The notes below the pieces were generated by a model. That model was not told the DNA's origin and made no database searches. It saw nothing but the letters and a program-made list of their open reading frames with translations. Of a stretch of 64,000 nucleotides of DNA, positions 50,501-62,997 are shown piece after piece. The first letter of the stretch is position 1. Each line of letters starts with the position of its first letter. The stretch is from Lingula anatina (taxonomy: Eukaryota > Animalia > Brachiopoda): assembly GCA_051362555.1 (NCBI GenBank), contig CM120641.1:3968001-4032000 (forward strand), read 5' to 3'. The translations under genes were made by a program, and so were the position numbers.

Positions 50501-51772
50501 CTCATATATAATTTGCGGTCTTAGTAGAGGGTCGGTCTTCTCTCATTTTTCTCAAATCAAAATAAACTAGCAAACATGAAAATTGACAAGCTGTATTAGG
50601 ATGTAAAGTGTTGAGAACCCTTTAACAAGGTGTATGGTAATATGCACGTTTAGACAAATTTTAATTTTAATTTCATTTAAATTTAATTTTAATTTCAATT
50701 AAATTTAATTTTAATTTTAATTAAAATTGATATTACCGAAATTAGTAAATGTCGTTTGCGTCATGTATCAATATTTATGCGCATAATAGTACCTACGTTA
50801 TAAACATTCAGCAAAGATCTTTGGAAGGCCGCTCTTTCGTCGTTTATATCAAATGAAAACTATCTGATACCCATCGTATCAATCATTATACCATGATAAG
50901 CGATTAGCATACTAATTTATGTCCCCAGTCATAATAACTTTAACAATTACAACAAACCTCCCTACTCTGTTTTTCGTTGCAAAAACAATTAGCCACAACT
51001 GTTTTAATATTAAAAGATATCAATAATAATGACAATTTCAAAATTTCAAAAGTACCTTTGGGGTACGAACTCCCGTCGGGCAGGTTACAACGTTTGCAAC
51101 GACGTTAACCGTCATTCCACCAATTCTATTATACTTTCACACCGATATCGAGAGATCTGTATTGCCGGGCATGCCGAAGCTTTGCGAAAATTGCCGAGGG
51201 CTAGGAAAATTCTTCAAAATATATTTTTATTACTTTTAATCAAATCCAGACTATCTCTCACTGCCCTGAGGTATGGCTAAAACCTTTCAGTTGTCATCAG
51301 ACTTTGTAATTTGGGAGAAAAAAGTGAAACAGGAACTTCTGGTGATGAATAATATATAATAGTGCTGCAAGGTCTTGTTTTCTATCCCTGATGTACGAGT
51401 AGCTTTTTCTACAGTTTCTATAATTCTCTTAACGTATGAAAATATGCAGGTTTTCTGATACAATAAGACTTTGATAAAATCAAAACCAATAATACTTTTC
51501 AAGTCGCGAGTCGGGATAAATTTCGGCAAGGTGGAGATATGTCCCGCCCGCGCTTCCACAACAGCAAGACTGAAGGACGCAAGTTACAAAGCAAAACATG
51601 TTTAGTCAAGTTAAAGAATTAATTACCGGCCTAACAGCGGCGATAGTGACTCCCGCTGTGAGCGACTTGCGCTGTCTATCGTAATCCCCCTATCATTAAC
51701 ACTGTCAGGGGCACACGCACGTTCGCACGTGCGTGTGCAATTTAAGTGACCGGGGACTAAATAGCTACACGG
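47536..51772. mobile_element. 4237-bp TA-flanked element with a perfect 13-bp TIR CCGTGTAGCTATT, inserted in the minisatellite
   Basis: TA|CCGTGTAGCTATT ... AATAGCTACACGG|TA; the interrupted repeat unit resumes in register. No long ORF. Confidence 0.85.
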
Positions 51773-52060
51773 TAAATAAATAAATATGTCATAAAAGCAT
51801 GCCACTCAACCCGACATAGCGGGGAGGATAATATAAATAAATATGTCATAAAAGCATGCCATTCAACCCAACATAGCGGGGAGGATAAAATAAATAAATA
51901 TGTCATAAAAGCATGCCACTCAACCCGATGTAGGGGGGAGGAAAATATAAATAAATAAACAAATTTGTCATAAAAGCATGCCACTTAACCCGACGTAGCA
52001 GAAGGATAAAATTAATAAATAAACAAATAATCTTATAAAAGCATGCCACTCAACCCGACC
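51773..52060. repeat. ~57-60-bp minisatellite, right part (5 units)
   Basis: Same unit as 47345-47535. Confidence 0.9.
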
Positions 52061-52660
52061 TGAAAAAGGGCAGTATTTGGTTAAGAAACGAATGTGCACA
52101 AGACCCTGAAAAGGTCAGAATCTGACTAAGAAGGAAGTGTGCCATAGCCCTGAAAAGTTCAGAAACTGGTAAAGAACACAGCATACAAAGACCCTGAAAA
52201 GGTCAGAAACTGGTAAAGAAAGGTGAACCTTGGCCCTGAAAAGGACAGAATCTGTTTAAAATACGAATGTGCCCTGAAAAGGACGGAATCTGGTTGAGAA
52301 ACGAATGTGCACAAGGCCCTGAAAAGAAGGAAGTGTACCTTGGTCCTGAAAAGGTCAGGATTCGGATAAGAGAGCAAATGTGCATGAGGCCCTGAAAAGG
52401 ACAGAATTTGCTTAACAAACGAGAGTGCACGAGGCCCTGATTAAGAAGGAAGTTTACCTTGGTCCTGAAAAGGTCAGAAACTGGTTAAGAAAGCAACGTG
52501 GATGAGGCCCTAAAAAGGTCAAAAACTGATTTAGAAAGGAAGTGTACCTTGGCCCTGAAAAGGTCGGTATCCAGTTAAGCGACCAATGAACATGAGGCCC
52601 TGAAAAGGTCAGATTCTGGTTAAGAAGCATAGGCCCTGAAAAGGTCAGAGTCTGGAAAAG
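52058..52660. repeat. Degenerate ~30-45-bp minisatellite with a CCCTGAAAAGG(T/A)CAGAA core, ~15 units
   Basis: Repeated core; the between-core segments are themselves homologous. Confidence 0.85.
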
Positions 52661-52803
52661 TGAAAGGGGGCGGGGGTAAGTTCAATTTACTGAGAGAAAT
52701 CCTTTCTGATGGGTCATGTTTGTTAGGGTTAAGTTTGTATTGCCCCACGTCCGAAAGGTGCCCTCCAACCCGAGTGTCATTCAGAAAACAAAGTGAAAAA
52801 TGA

Positions 52804-52814
52804 TATTATTATTA

Positions 52815-52871
<57 letters not shown>
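52804..52871. repeat. (ATT)n microsatellite
   Basis: Direct reading. Confidence 0.95.
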
Positions 52872-54518
52872 GAACCGATGATTGAGGAAACTAGTGTATG
52901 AAATGCCCTCTTAAGACGCTTGCCCGGTTTTCAGGGTGTACATCTGGAATTATATCAGACTCCTGTCTTCATTCCTAAGACTGTATGTTATCATGGGGTA
53001 AACGTTACATGAAGGTTTGAATCATGGTCTTATACTACCGAGGAGACTGAATTTCTAAGATGAAGCCATTTATAATGTTTTTGGAGGATTACTTTATTTA
53101 CACTCAAATATACAGCAAGTTGTCATGTTAGGCTCTAAAATAACTGATGCCCAAGATGATTATTAAATTGACCTATAATATAAGGAGCGTTCTTCTATTT
53201 CAACCTCTGGTCCTAAAAATGTTAGGCTTTCAAAAGCAGGTCTAAGCTAGTGTTCATTTTGACACTCAGATATATAAATTTATGTGAGTTCAGATGTATT
53301 ATTTAATAGTCGCCACTGAATTGTTGAATGATTAAGTAGCAACATGTGCCTCAATGGAGACTACCCCTCTAAGGTACAATTGAGCATGTGCAGAATGCAC
53401 ATGTGCATAAATAAGCTCTGGAGATTGTTGTCGCCATAAAATGTCGTTTGACTACGCCAAACTTTCCTTTCTTAGTGTCATTTTATAACTTCAGTTACAC
53501 CTCTCTGCGGGCGTGGGATAATATTTTATATGAGAATATGTAATATTACCCCACTTACTTTACATTATGCAAGATTTGACAAGCCTACTAAACGATCTGG
53601 TCGTTTGTTACTTGGATCCGCGAATTAGTGATTCCTATCGCCATATTTACGACTTCGTGTCCTGAGTGTGCAAATACTGACTCCAAGCATCTCATCATTG
53701 TCTTCAAACAATTTGTGCAGTGTGTTTAGGGGATTTTAGAGATCGACTTTCATCCGTATTTCTCGCCATTTATGCTTTGGTTCCTTTTCTTGACCGCAAG
53801 GTACTTTCTATATGGCGTAGGAAGAACTGCTTTGGTACCGGGACCTGGTCAACCATCACTGGAATCAATTGGTTTTGCTGAAAAATCAAGGTATTTCTTA
53901 TATCGGGCATGAGGTTCCGTAGACATGTTGCAGAATGCCTCTTGAAAGGGTACTGAGTATGTGTAGGATAATATTGCAAATGGTGTCGCATCAGTCCGTG
54001 TTTTGAAAACATTCCAAGCCAGCAAGGTCTTAGTAAACTGTTCCTTCTGGAAAGTTTTCGGGGCATTATACTGTATTCTCAGCAGATATATCACTCTATT
54101 TGCAAGAGGTGACTTCGGGGGTAACTCTAGGCTTCATCATTGTATAAAATAGATATCTATTTTCATTACAAGTTAACTTAACCGAGTATAATTCGGATGG
54201 CGTATAGTAATGTCTGTGGCAAACACATCTCCTCGACAGTTCTCGTGGGATCTCCATAAGATCACTAAAGCTACGGCAAGGGCATTACGTTCAGGTAACA
54301 TATAAGTGTTAGCATAAGTCCTTTAAATTTGAATATGCAAAGGTTCATAAGAATATTACATGGTGGCAGCCTTCAGAGATGACCGTTTGACAGATTGTTA
54401 TTATTATACCAGAGTTGAAAGCACTTATCCACCACCTCCTGGAATGCCAGAATTCGGACTGTTTCTGTTTGCCATGTTCCTATGATTAAGTGAGCACGTT
54501 TCTTTATTGCAATATTAA

Positions 54519-55109
54519 GGGGCGTACAACGAGGGAGGTTGTTATCATAGTTGTTGTGATGATATAAGAATGCCTAAGATTGTTTATCTTAAAAAATCAT
54601 CACCATATGATGTGTATATTATTGGTCATAACGAGATTTCAGCTCAGTTTTTTTTTTTTTTTTTTTTTTTTGTCTGTTCTACGCGTTTAGCTGTACGCTC
54701 TGCTGTCTTCGAAAACGGTTTGCGCACGCACAATTCATTCACTGCGCTCGCACATTTTACTACTAATACTAAAACGTTTTCTTCGCATCATCAGCTGCAT
54801 TGACTTATTTAATTAGGACAGTCACGTCGTGCATCTTCTCTCTCGGCCTTCACTGATGGAAAGTAGGTTGAGCAGTTTTCTCACACTTCTTCTCGTCCGT
54901 TCATTCATATGCTAGTATCTGAGTCACGTGGCACGCAGGGTATGGAACAATCGCCAGGTGTAAATGCGATTTTTAGTTCTTTATTTCTACGTACTGGGCG
55001 CGTGTTAAACATTAAATTTAAAATAGATCTTGTCTATTTGGAATGTTTGATGCTGTGAAAGTGCTGTTTTTGTGAATAATTTCCAAATAAAAGCGCTTTG
55101 TATGCCCGT
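54519..55109. mobile_element. TTAA-flanked Kolobok-like non-autonomous element upstream of copy E
   Basis: TTAA|GGGGCGTACAA ... TTGTATGCCCGT|TTAA; absent at paralogous sites before A and D. Confidence 0.6.
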
Positions 55110-55717
55110 TTAAGCTTCGCTTTTTTTTCTGGTCTCCCTATACAAGTAAAAAGAAAAGCTAAGCCCTAATGCCTGTCACGAAGATCGAGGAAATGCCTGT
55201 CACAATTACCACAGAAGTTGACAAAAAACGAGCTTAGTTAAAAGGGATCACTGAAGTCGAAAAACTAATCACGCAATCTGTCAACTATTACGAAACTAGA
55301 TCTGATTAAATGTTAACCATAGGTAAAGTTCACATAGAAATTACCTCACCTCAGCACCTTTCTATAAAGCGTAGGTCAGAGTCTTATTTCAAGAAGCGAA
55401 AGTCTTAACAACAAATAAAGGAAATTTTAAGACAGACATCTGAGTTAATTTATTTGGGCGCATTTAAGCAAACCAATCTTTTAGGGTTCGAATCACTGGC
55501 CTATCAGCAAGGGTAGAGGTCTAGAAGTAATGGAAATAAGTCTGAGTTATGTATTTCCCGATAAAACAAAATTAATCATCAACCAATAAAAACGTCGACT
55601 TTGTTCTGGAGAATATATATCTGTTGAAGGAGGCAACGACTAACATAATGATTTGCAGCCTGTAGTGCACAAGTGCCTACCTTGTTTATTGGCGGCATCA
55701 ACTCAAAGACCATCAAT

Positions 55718-56996
55718 ATGTCTGCATTGTCTTTCTTTTTCCTTTTGGTATTGGGAGCAATCTGTTGTAGTCAACATCCCATACTGAATGTCCTTCAAAA
55801 CAGCATATTTGCAGGTACAACAACTCCTGCCAACAGATTTTTACAAAATCAGATGAGATACAGTCCGACTTTGTCGACTCCAGCTGGAAGTATGGGGACA
55901 AAAGACAATTTACAGGAAAAAGAGACGCTCCGAAAAGCTACCCAAACTATATCAAATCGTTCGTTCTCCAGACAACGTAGAAAGGCAAATGGAATCGGAA
56001 TAACAACAGTCAACAGTACTGAACTCACGAAGAGAATAAATCTACAGCAAAACAACAGTGAATCAAGTCTAATACCAATTTTTGAAACGTTTCAAGCCAC
56101 CCCTAACACCAGCTTCTTGGACGATTCCTCCGAAGTCAGGCGTTTTGCACATTTTTGGAATAGATCACAATTCCTGTTCCCTGCAAACAAAAACTTTTGC
56201 TTAATGTGGAACGGCGGCGAAATTTCATGGCAACACATCACATGTTACTGTGACTCATTTTGCGAAATATTTAATGATTGTTGCCTGCCATATCTGTCTT
56301 GCAATGAAATGCCAACTGATCGTAATGTAACAGCGATCAAACAATTAAATGTCACAAGAAATCAGGTGGAATGCAGATCCCAGAGTACGAAAGTTAACCA
56401 AGAAAATGTGTCAACAACGAAGTTCCGACAGCTAGGGCTCAGTTATTTCTGGATGGTCTCATCTTGCTCGAGTAGAACCCAAAGCTCAACTCTCCGCCAA
56501 AAATGCGAGTTTTCAGGGTTCACAACTGACCTTGACCTTCTCAGTCCTGTGTCGGACCCTGTAACACAACTTGCTTTTAAAAACAAATACTGTGCTGCTT
56601 GTAACAATGTAGTTGACACTTCAGTATGGGAGACTATGTTTAAATGCGCTCCTATTAATTCTGACGTTTACGAGATAGTCATTAACATAACTTCAATGAA
56701 GGATCTTCTTGAGCGTATTGAGTTTTCCGAACAATGTTCACTTTATTTCAAATCACCAAAAGAAATCCCAGGAAGGCCGTGCGCTCTTAAAGGTAGTGGT
56801 CACCATGATGGGATTCGGCGGTTTAGCACGTGTGGTCCGGAAAACATTTTTCTTCAAGAACGGTGCCAAAACGCTCCAATTACAATGATGCAGTATTTTA
56901 AAGTTCCTGGGAGCTTACTATACAGCAGAAATGTTTTCTGTTGGTTGTGCCGCCTTCTTGTTATGCCCATCAATATGACAGATTGCGAAGATTTTG
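55718..56996 (+). CDS. Copy E coding exon 1 (B-type, intact); gene join(55718..56996,57211..57308,61422..62009), ~654 aa
   Basis: Intact ORF; GTGGGT donor at 56997. Confidence 0.85.
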
Positions 56997-57210
56997 GTGG
57001 GTCATTCACTTAATGTGATCTTCTTCAAGTAATGATGTTGCCTATTTATGTGCCTTTATTGACAGTTTTAATTATTATCATGATAATATAAGCTGGTGAA
57101 TGCAGAATAGAATGCTTTCAAAATCTGTTAAGTTTTTTTAGATTATCTTTATTTGCATAAAATATATTTTTGGTAACCAGAAAGGAAATGTATTTTTGAC
57201 GAACTTTCAG

Positions 57211-57308
57211 CTGGTCCAACAATAAATCGTGGATTTGACCCTCTCGAATTGGGAGTACTAATTGATGTATCGCACGAAAAGGACTGGTGTAAGCCACAAA
57301 CAGGCACA
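57211..57308 (+). CDS. Copy E coding exon 2 (98 bp)
   Basis: TTTCAG and GTAAGT boundaries; appears identical to B exon 2. Confidence 0.85.
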
Positions 57309-60120
57309 GTAAGTAACCGATCATAACAAGTGTTGTTAAACTTTCTTGTCTTTTCTTGTGTCATTTGTTTAATCAGCCTTTTCTCTAAATGTCATGTGGC
57401 TCCATAAGAATTTTTTTTTTGAGTCATCTCATAGCCTTGAGTCATCTCATAGCCTTAAATTCAAACTGTAATTCTGTTTTATTTATAGATACTGTTTGTT
57501 CTTAATTGTCTATGTAATACCATCTTCTCTTTTACCTTTTTAATTGACCATCTCCATTTATTTCTTGATTGAATACACACTTTGCCAATAATTGATGTTT
57601 GAAAGCATTATATGAGAAATAATAATATCATAAAATGCCAGCGTATGCTACTTTTCATCCCATTCATCCAAACACTGTCCGTGGGCACCAATGGGGAGTA
57701 ATTATGCCTAGGTAGTTATCTAATTTGTTGTTAGTAATTTGTTGGCAAATTCTGTCCCTGGCACGTTCAACGTAAACTTATGAGTAAAAGCGTGAAAAAA
57801 TGTAGGAATTCTACTTTGTTTTAAATTGTTCATTCCACAAAGTTATTTCCGTATAGCTTTTGACAAAAATATGCATGTTATCTTCATGTTACCATAAAGA
57901 AAGTCCGTTACATATTGCCCACTTATCGCAAATATTATGCTTTAAAATGGTAAAATAAGAAGGGGAAATTACAAACAAATGTTAAAAAATGATGATGTAA
58001 ATCCCCTATGCGTACACCGTATACATATACCTGTACATATAACACACGTGGTTTATGCGCTCGTGCAGGGAACCTACATATCTCAGACAATACAAAAAGT
58101 ATTTACATATTTCCAGGATACGTTTTGGAAACGTTAACGTGTATATCGTTTTGAAACGTTTTTAAACGTTTTTGGTAACGTCATGAATATGTATATCTTT
58201 CCTGATGTTTTAAACACGTTTTGATAATGCTGTGAATAAGTGAAAAAAAAATAAAACAAATTAACATTTCCAAAACGTTTTCTAAAAACTTTTTTGAAAA
58301 GTTTGCAATACTTTTGCATAACATTTTACCATTTTTTAAGCTGACTGCTTTTTGGGGGGTGTGCTGCGTATAGCTCACCATGACTATATTGCCATTGGAA
58401 ATATACGTTCCCCAGATTTCGATGTGTTAAGGGCGGACCATTTTATGGATAGGGTTAAATAACCGTCAAAAACTTCACTTCTCTCAAAAATCCACAGGTG
58501 GATTTTTTCACCCCTGTGTTAGCTTTCCTTGCGAGTACATTTATTAGAATTTCATTCTTAAAATGAAGATAAAACAGTTCATCGGAAAAACATACAATTA
58601 TCAAGATTTCTTTAAAACGCCTTCAGAATAATTGTGATAAAATTCGTTTTTACAGTCTATTTTATCCTCCTCCGAAATAACGAACACTAAAACTTTAAGG
58701 TTTATTCAGTTTAATGATTTATTTAAGCTTTTCATCACATGTCGATAATTTCGCGAAGGTTAAAAGTACCTAAAGTCCAAAGGTTTTAATAACCGCACCA
58801 CCCAAGTCACCCACTGACCCCAAACCCAATTTGTAAAAAGCCAGTAGTTGTAGATCAAACAACGTGAGACGCTTGCGGCCTAACATTGGGCTGGCAACGA
58901 TTGCCACTGAGACTGTGCCCAACGCTGCCGATGTCGATACCAGCTGCTTACTGTCTCGATAAATATAACCGACAAACTGCAAATCGTAGTGAAGCAAAAT
59001 TTGAAGTCCTTTATGCATATTTTAGTTAACAAAAAAGTATAATTTGTAAATTTCATCAAAATTTATATACGTTAATAAAACGTTCTTACAACGTTTCTCC
59101 GATCAATGATAAAAACACTGACAGCCCATCAGCTAGCCAAAAATATTATATAGTGTTGTCAGAATAACGTTAAAGAACGTTATCTTGTGGAGTTTTTTTA
59201 ACATTTTTATATAGCTAAGTTTTTATAGCTAAGAGAAAAGATATATTAACGTTTTGATAACGTTATCTTATGGAAAAAACGTTTTAGATATGTTTTTGTC
59301 ACCTACAAGTAGACAAACAAAATTACTTTATTTAATTTAAAAAAACAACAAAGCTTACAAATAAATGGATACTCAAAAAGTTCAAAGAAAGTAGACTTCA
59401 AGCAATGCAGTGTTCTAATAACTTTAAAAGAAACATCTTCATTACGTTAACATACATTTTACTATGGCCAAACATGGTCAAGATACTGCTATTATACATA
59501 TATACTCCATCAGTCATTATGAAATGGATGAAAAATATTCGTATGGGAAGAAAAATTCCCCAATAAATGCATTATAAACAACACATAAAAATGTAACAAT
59601 TGCATTTTACCACCAAAATGGCGGTTTAACGTAATATCCGGATATCGCAAAACAAATCTAGAGGACCGACATTAATCGATACCCTCCGAAATAACCTCTT
59701 AAGAGATTTTTTTTAAACCCAAAAGTTTTTAAGTCGATTAACTTTAAATGGATTCATCAGTCAGGAATCAGGAAATTTTATGACACTTTTTCCGTCAAAA
59801 TGAAGAGTCGTCATCTCTTTAACAATATTTTGTTAAAAGTTATATGTACAATTGAAATAAACTCTTCACAAACTATATTGGTGTTCATTCAAAACAATAA
59901 CTTTTTAAACACCCCAATTATCCTATTGTTTTTTAAAAAAAAGATGTTTTTTAAAAACTTAATAATTATTATTCTAATTTTTTTCAAAACGTTATGTGCC
60001 ATCTGGGATGATGAGCAATCCAAACGTGTAGTATACGATAGTCACAGCCACGCATGTTTACCCCCCATTGGTGCGAGTGGGCCCAAGGAAAAGATTTTAA
60101 AAGTTATAGCCTACATGTTA

Positions 60121-61224
60121 CTTAATCGCCTAGCAAAAACAGTGTCACCCCTAATGCAATGCGTAAAGTGATACAGAGAATCACGTCATGAGCCAATGTT
60201 TTGTATTCAGCTTCTAAGAGGATATTTTTAAAAGTTTAACCATTGTACCACCAATGAATAAACTAACCATAGTAAAAAATCGAGGCCACATTTTAGTATT
60301 TGGTACGGTATTCTCGGGCCTGGAGGGCGCACCTGTTCGCGTCTGTGTCTGGATTCAATAAGTTCTGCAACGTTTGCGGAGTGGTGGCATTCCACATACG
60401 GTACAAAGATAGTATTAGATCATTTTTGTTTGTAGAGTCATCCCCCAGATATCAATATCCGAGGACATCCCAAGCTTTAATTATCTTTGATTCTCAATGA
60501 GGTTCTGTTCTGGGGATTGAGCCGGACCTTTGAGGTTTGGATTGGGTTCGCACATAACTAGACTATTGTTGCATTGGCTGCACATGGAGTAGCACGATCA
60601 TCCTGATGCATAAATGGGTGATCAAGATATCCTCGACAGAATTCCTTTCCAGTAATTGAAAGCAAGGGCCTGCGTTAAGGTTCCCTTTGACCACTGTCAG
60701 CTGGCACTCACTATTGTAGCCAGTGCACCCATGCATGACTTATGTGGGGTGCGTCCTGTCGACCGGAGACAGAAAATTGGGAATATACAGGGTACTTCTT
60801 ACCTGCTGTTCTCGAAATCCCTACGCAACCATAAATTCTGACAAAGCTTAGCCTGCTTTCATCTGAAAACAGTATCAGTACCCAGCTATTGGCTGGTGTA
60901 CATTCCAGAGTTCCAGTATACCATCTGACTCGACGGACGTAGACGGTTCCTGTATCGACGATCACTGTTTTCCTCACAAAAACCCTGTCAAAATAACGGC
61001 AATCGTGCAGACGTCTCCTGGTGGTAGCTCTGAAACATTGTGTGCTCTGTTCTTGATAAATGTGGCAGTCAAATTTCGAAATGTCATGAAACGTTTTTTA
61101 CGAGGAAAGCATTTTCACATTCTCTCTTCTCTGGGTGTGGTTTCTTTTGGTCGGCCTTACCCAGGCAATTTATCCATATGCCAGTATGGTTATGCTGCTG
61201 CCTATCCATCTGAATGGTGCTCAT
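60121..61224 (-). mobile_element. Tc1/mariner transposase pseudogene, intron 2 of E (duplicate of 19974-21077)
   Basis: Same motifs (ILFSDESR etc.) as in B. Confidence 0.8.
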
Positions 61225-61421
61225 ATATAATATTCTTTCACTTTCACTTTCTACAGTAAATTAAAGGTTTACCTTACATAGCTTAATTTGGTGTAGAAAA
61301 TGAAGAGTTTAATCTTAAAATATTATCAACAGACCACACAGATTAACTTTCATCAGAATAATAAGTTTTTGTCTTCACATTTTCAGTGCATAGAGCTTGT
61401 ATGTTGACTATAACATTCCAG

Positions 61422-62009
61422 GCACAGTGCTTTGCTTCAGAAAATATGGAACAAGACCAGTGTTTTTCGCCTGTAGTTGGTGTCTTCAATGGTTATTATG
61501 ACTTAAAGCTATTGATTGTCCCCCAAAATGAGCAGTGCGTTCCTGATTGGACTGACTGTAAGTCAATAGCGGACAAAGCGTTACCTTATAGTTTTTCCTT
61601 TTACAAGAAGAATGAATGGGAATTTTTGAAACAGAAGATAACATGCACTGCCATGACAGTTGATGCGAACGACACGAGTGGCAAGACCTTCGCAAGAGCA
61701 TCATCTGTCTACAATATCCCAGTGGCTTTAAAAAGAAAAATCAACAGATACAATCAGAGCATAACCTTCTTTGAATCTTTGCAAGATGAAGTTGTTAAGC
61801 ATCTCCAACGAAAGAGTGTGATTAGTCATAACGGGGTAGATTACAAAGTAAGCCTCATCCGGGAAAAGCGACAACTTTGTGAAGACATAAAACGCGAGAC
61901 AGAGGCTAATACGATGCCGCCGCATTCCTTTGGAACTGACCAACATGTCCCTTGGTTTGTTATTGTGATATGTTCCAGTGGCGCCCTGATGTACTTTTTG
62001 CTATCTTAA
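61422..62009 (+). CDS. Copy E coding exon 3
   Basis: TTCCAG|GCA acceptor; open frame to TAA. Confidence 0.85.
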   Translation, partial: AQCFASENMEQDQCFSPVVGVFNGYYDLKLLIVPQNEQCVPDWTDCKSIADKALPYSFSFYKKNEWEFLKQKITCTAMTVDANDTSGKTFARASSVYNIPVALKRKINRYNQSITFFESLQDEVVKHLQRKSVISHNGVDYKVSLIREKRQLCEDIKRETEANTMPPHSFGTDQHVPWFVIVICSSGALMYFLLS

Positions 62010-62639
62010 TGAAAAGACATTCTCTTAAGGTAGTGCAACAACGTCACGCACTGGCAGCTTGTGCTGGCAATCTAGCAATTCACGGAAGTTGACGGCTAAA
62101 ATTGCTTCACAAAATTCCCGTAGGAATATATGGATTATGAATCCAAAGTTCAAACCACCAGCAATAAACTAACTTGGTACCTATCATTTTTCAATCTCAA
62201 TGTGAATGCAAAAATCTCAACTATGCTTGTAAAAAAATTAATAAAAATCTATCAGATAGAAATATAAGGACATTACCTTTAACGTTCAAACAGAAACCAT
62301 GTCATATTTCTTAGTGTGATTTTATAACCAAAGTTGCATCTCTCTGCGGTAGTAGGGTGTTATTTGTATGAAAATGAGTTTATGAGTTTTGACACGCCTA
62401 CTAAACGATATTGTCGTTTGTTACTTGGATCCGCGAATAAGTGATTCCTATCGCCGTATTAATGACTTAAACCTCGATTTCATGTTCTTATTGTGCAAAT
62501 ACTAACTGCAGGCATCACATCATAGACTGTGAATAATTTGTGCAGTGTATTTGTGGGATTTGGGGTGACTTTCAATCGAGGTCCTTTTCTTGACCACAAG
62601 GTACTTTCTAAATGGGGTAGGAAGACCTGCATGTTTTAT

Positions 62640-62997
62640 GCAAGGCTGACACTTGCACGACTTTTGGCCCCAATTTTGTCGTGGCAAGTCGTGCCATTTT
62701 GGGGCACGAAGTGGGACGCTCCCGCACTGTTCTCTACTAGTTCACGCATAGTTCACGACGAGTTCACGACGAGCTAACGAATAGTTTACGAATGCGTGTC
62801 CACATTGACACGAACTGGCACTACAAGTTCACTCATAGTTTGCGCATAATTTACGCACTTCCCGCATTGACACGACGAGTTTGCGCAATTCGGACGGTGT
62901 CGTGCTAACTTGAGCACGCAATATACGTGAGCTGTTCGTGAACTTTTCGTGGCAGTTCGTAACAGTCGTGGCATGGCGCGCACTGCCAAGCGCACTG
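62640..62997. mobile_element. PIF/Harbinger-like MITE, left TIR retained (duplicate of 26828-27330)
   Basis: TAT|GCAAGGCTGACACTTGCACGA; the right part is deleted. Confidence 0.7.

Noticed and set aside
50655-50730. AT-only quasi-palindromic stretch
   Set aside because: Low-complexity (TTTAAT)n-like sequence, expected at this base composition.
47345-52060. CRISPR-like ~58-bp repeats
   Set aside because: The whole unit is repeated; there are no unique spacers.
52058-52660. CRISPR-like look: repeated CCCTGAAAAGG core with variable intervening sequence
   Set aside because: The core is short and degenerate, the intervening segments are homologous to each other and irregular in length, there are no cas genes, and the context is eukaryotic.
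59800-60171. 123-aa ORF in intron 2 of E
   Set aside because: Low-complexity AT-rich sequence; the frame is broken in the B duplicate.
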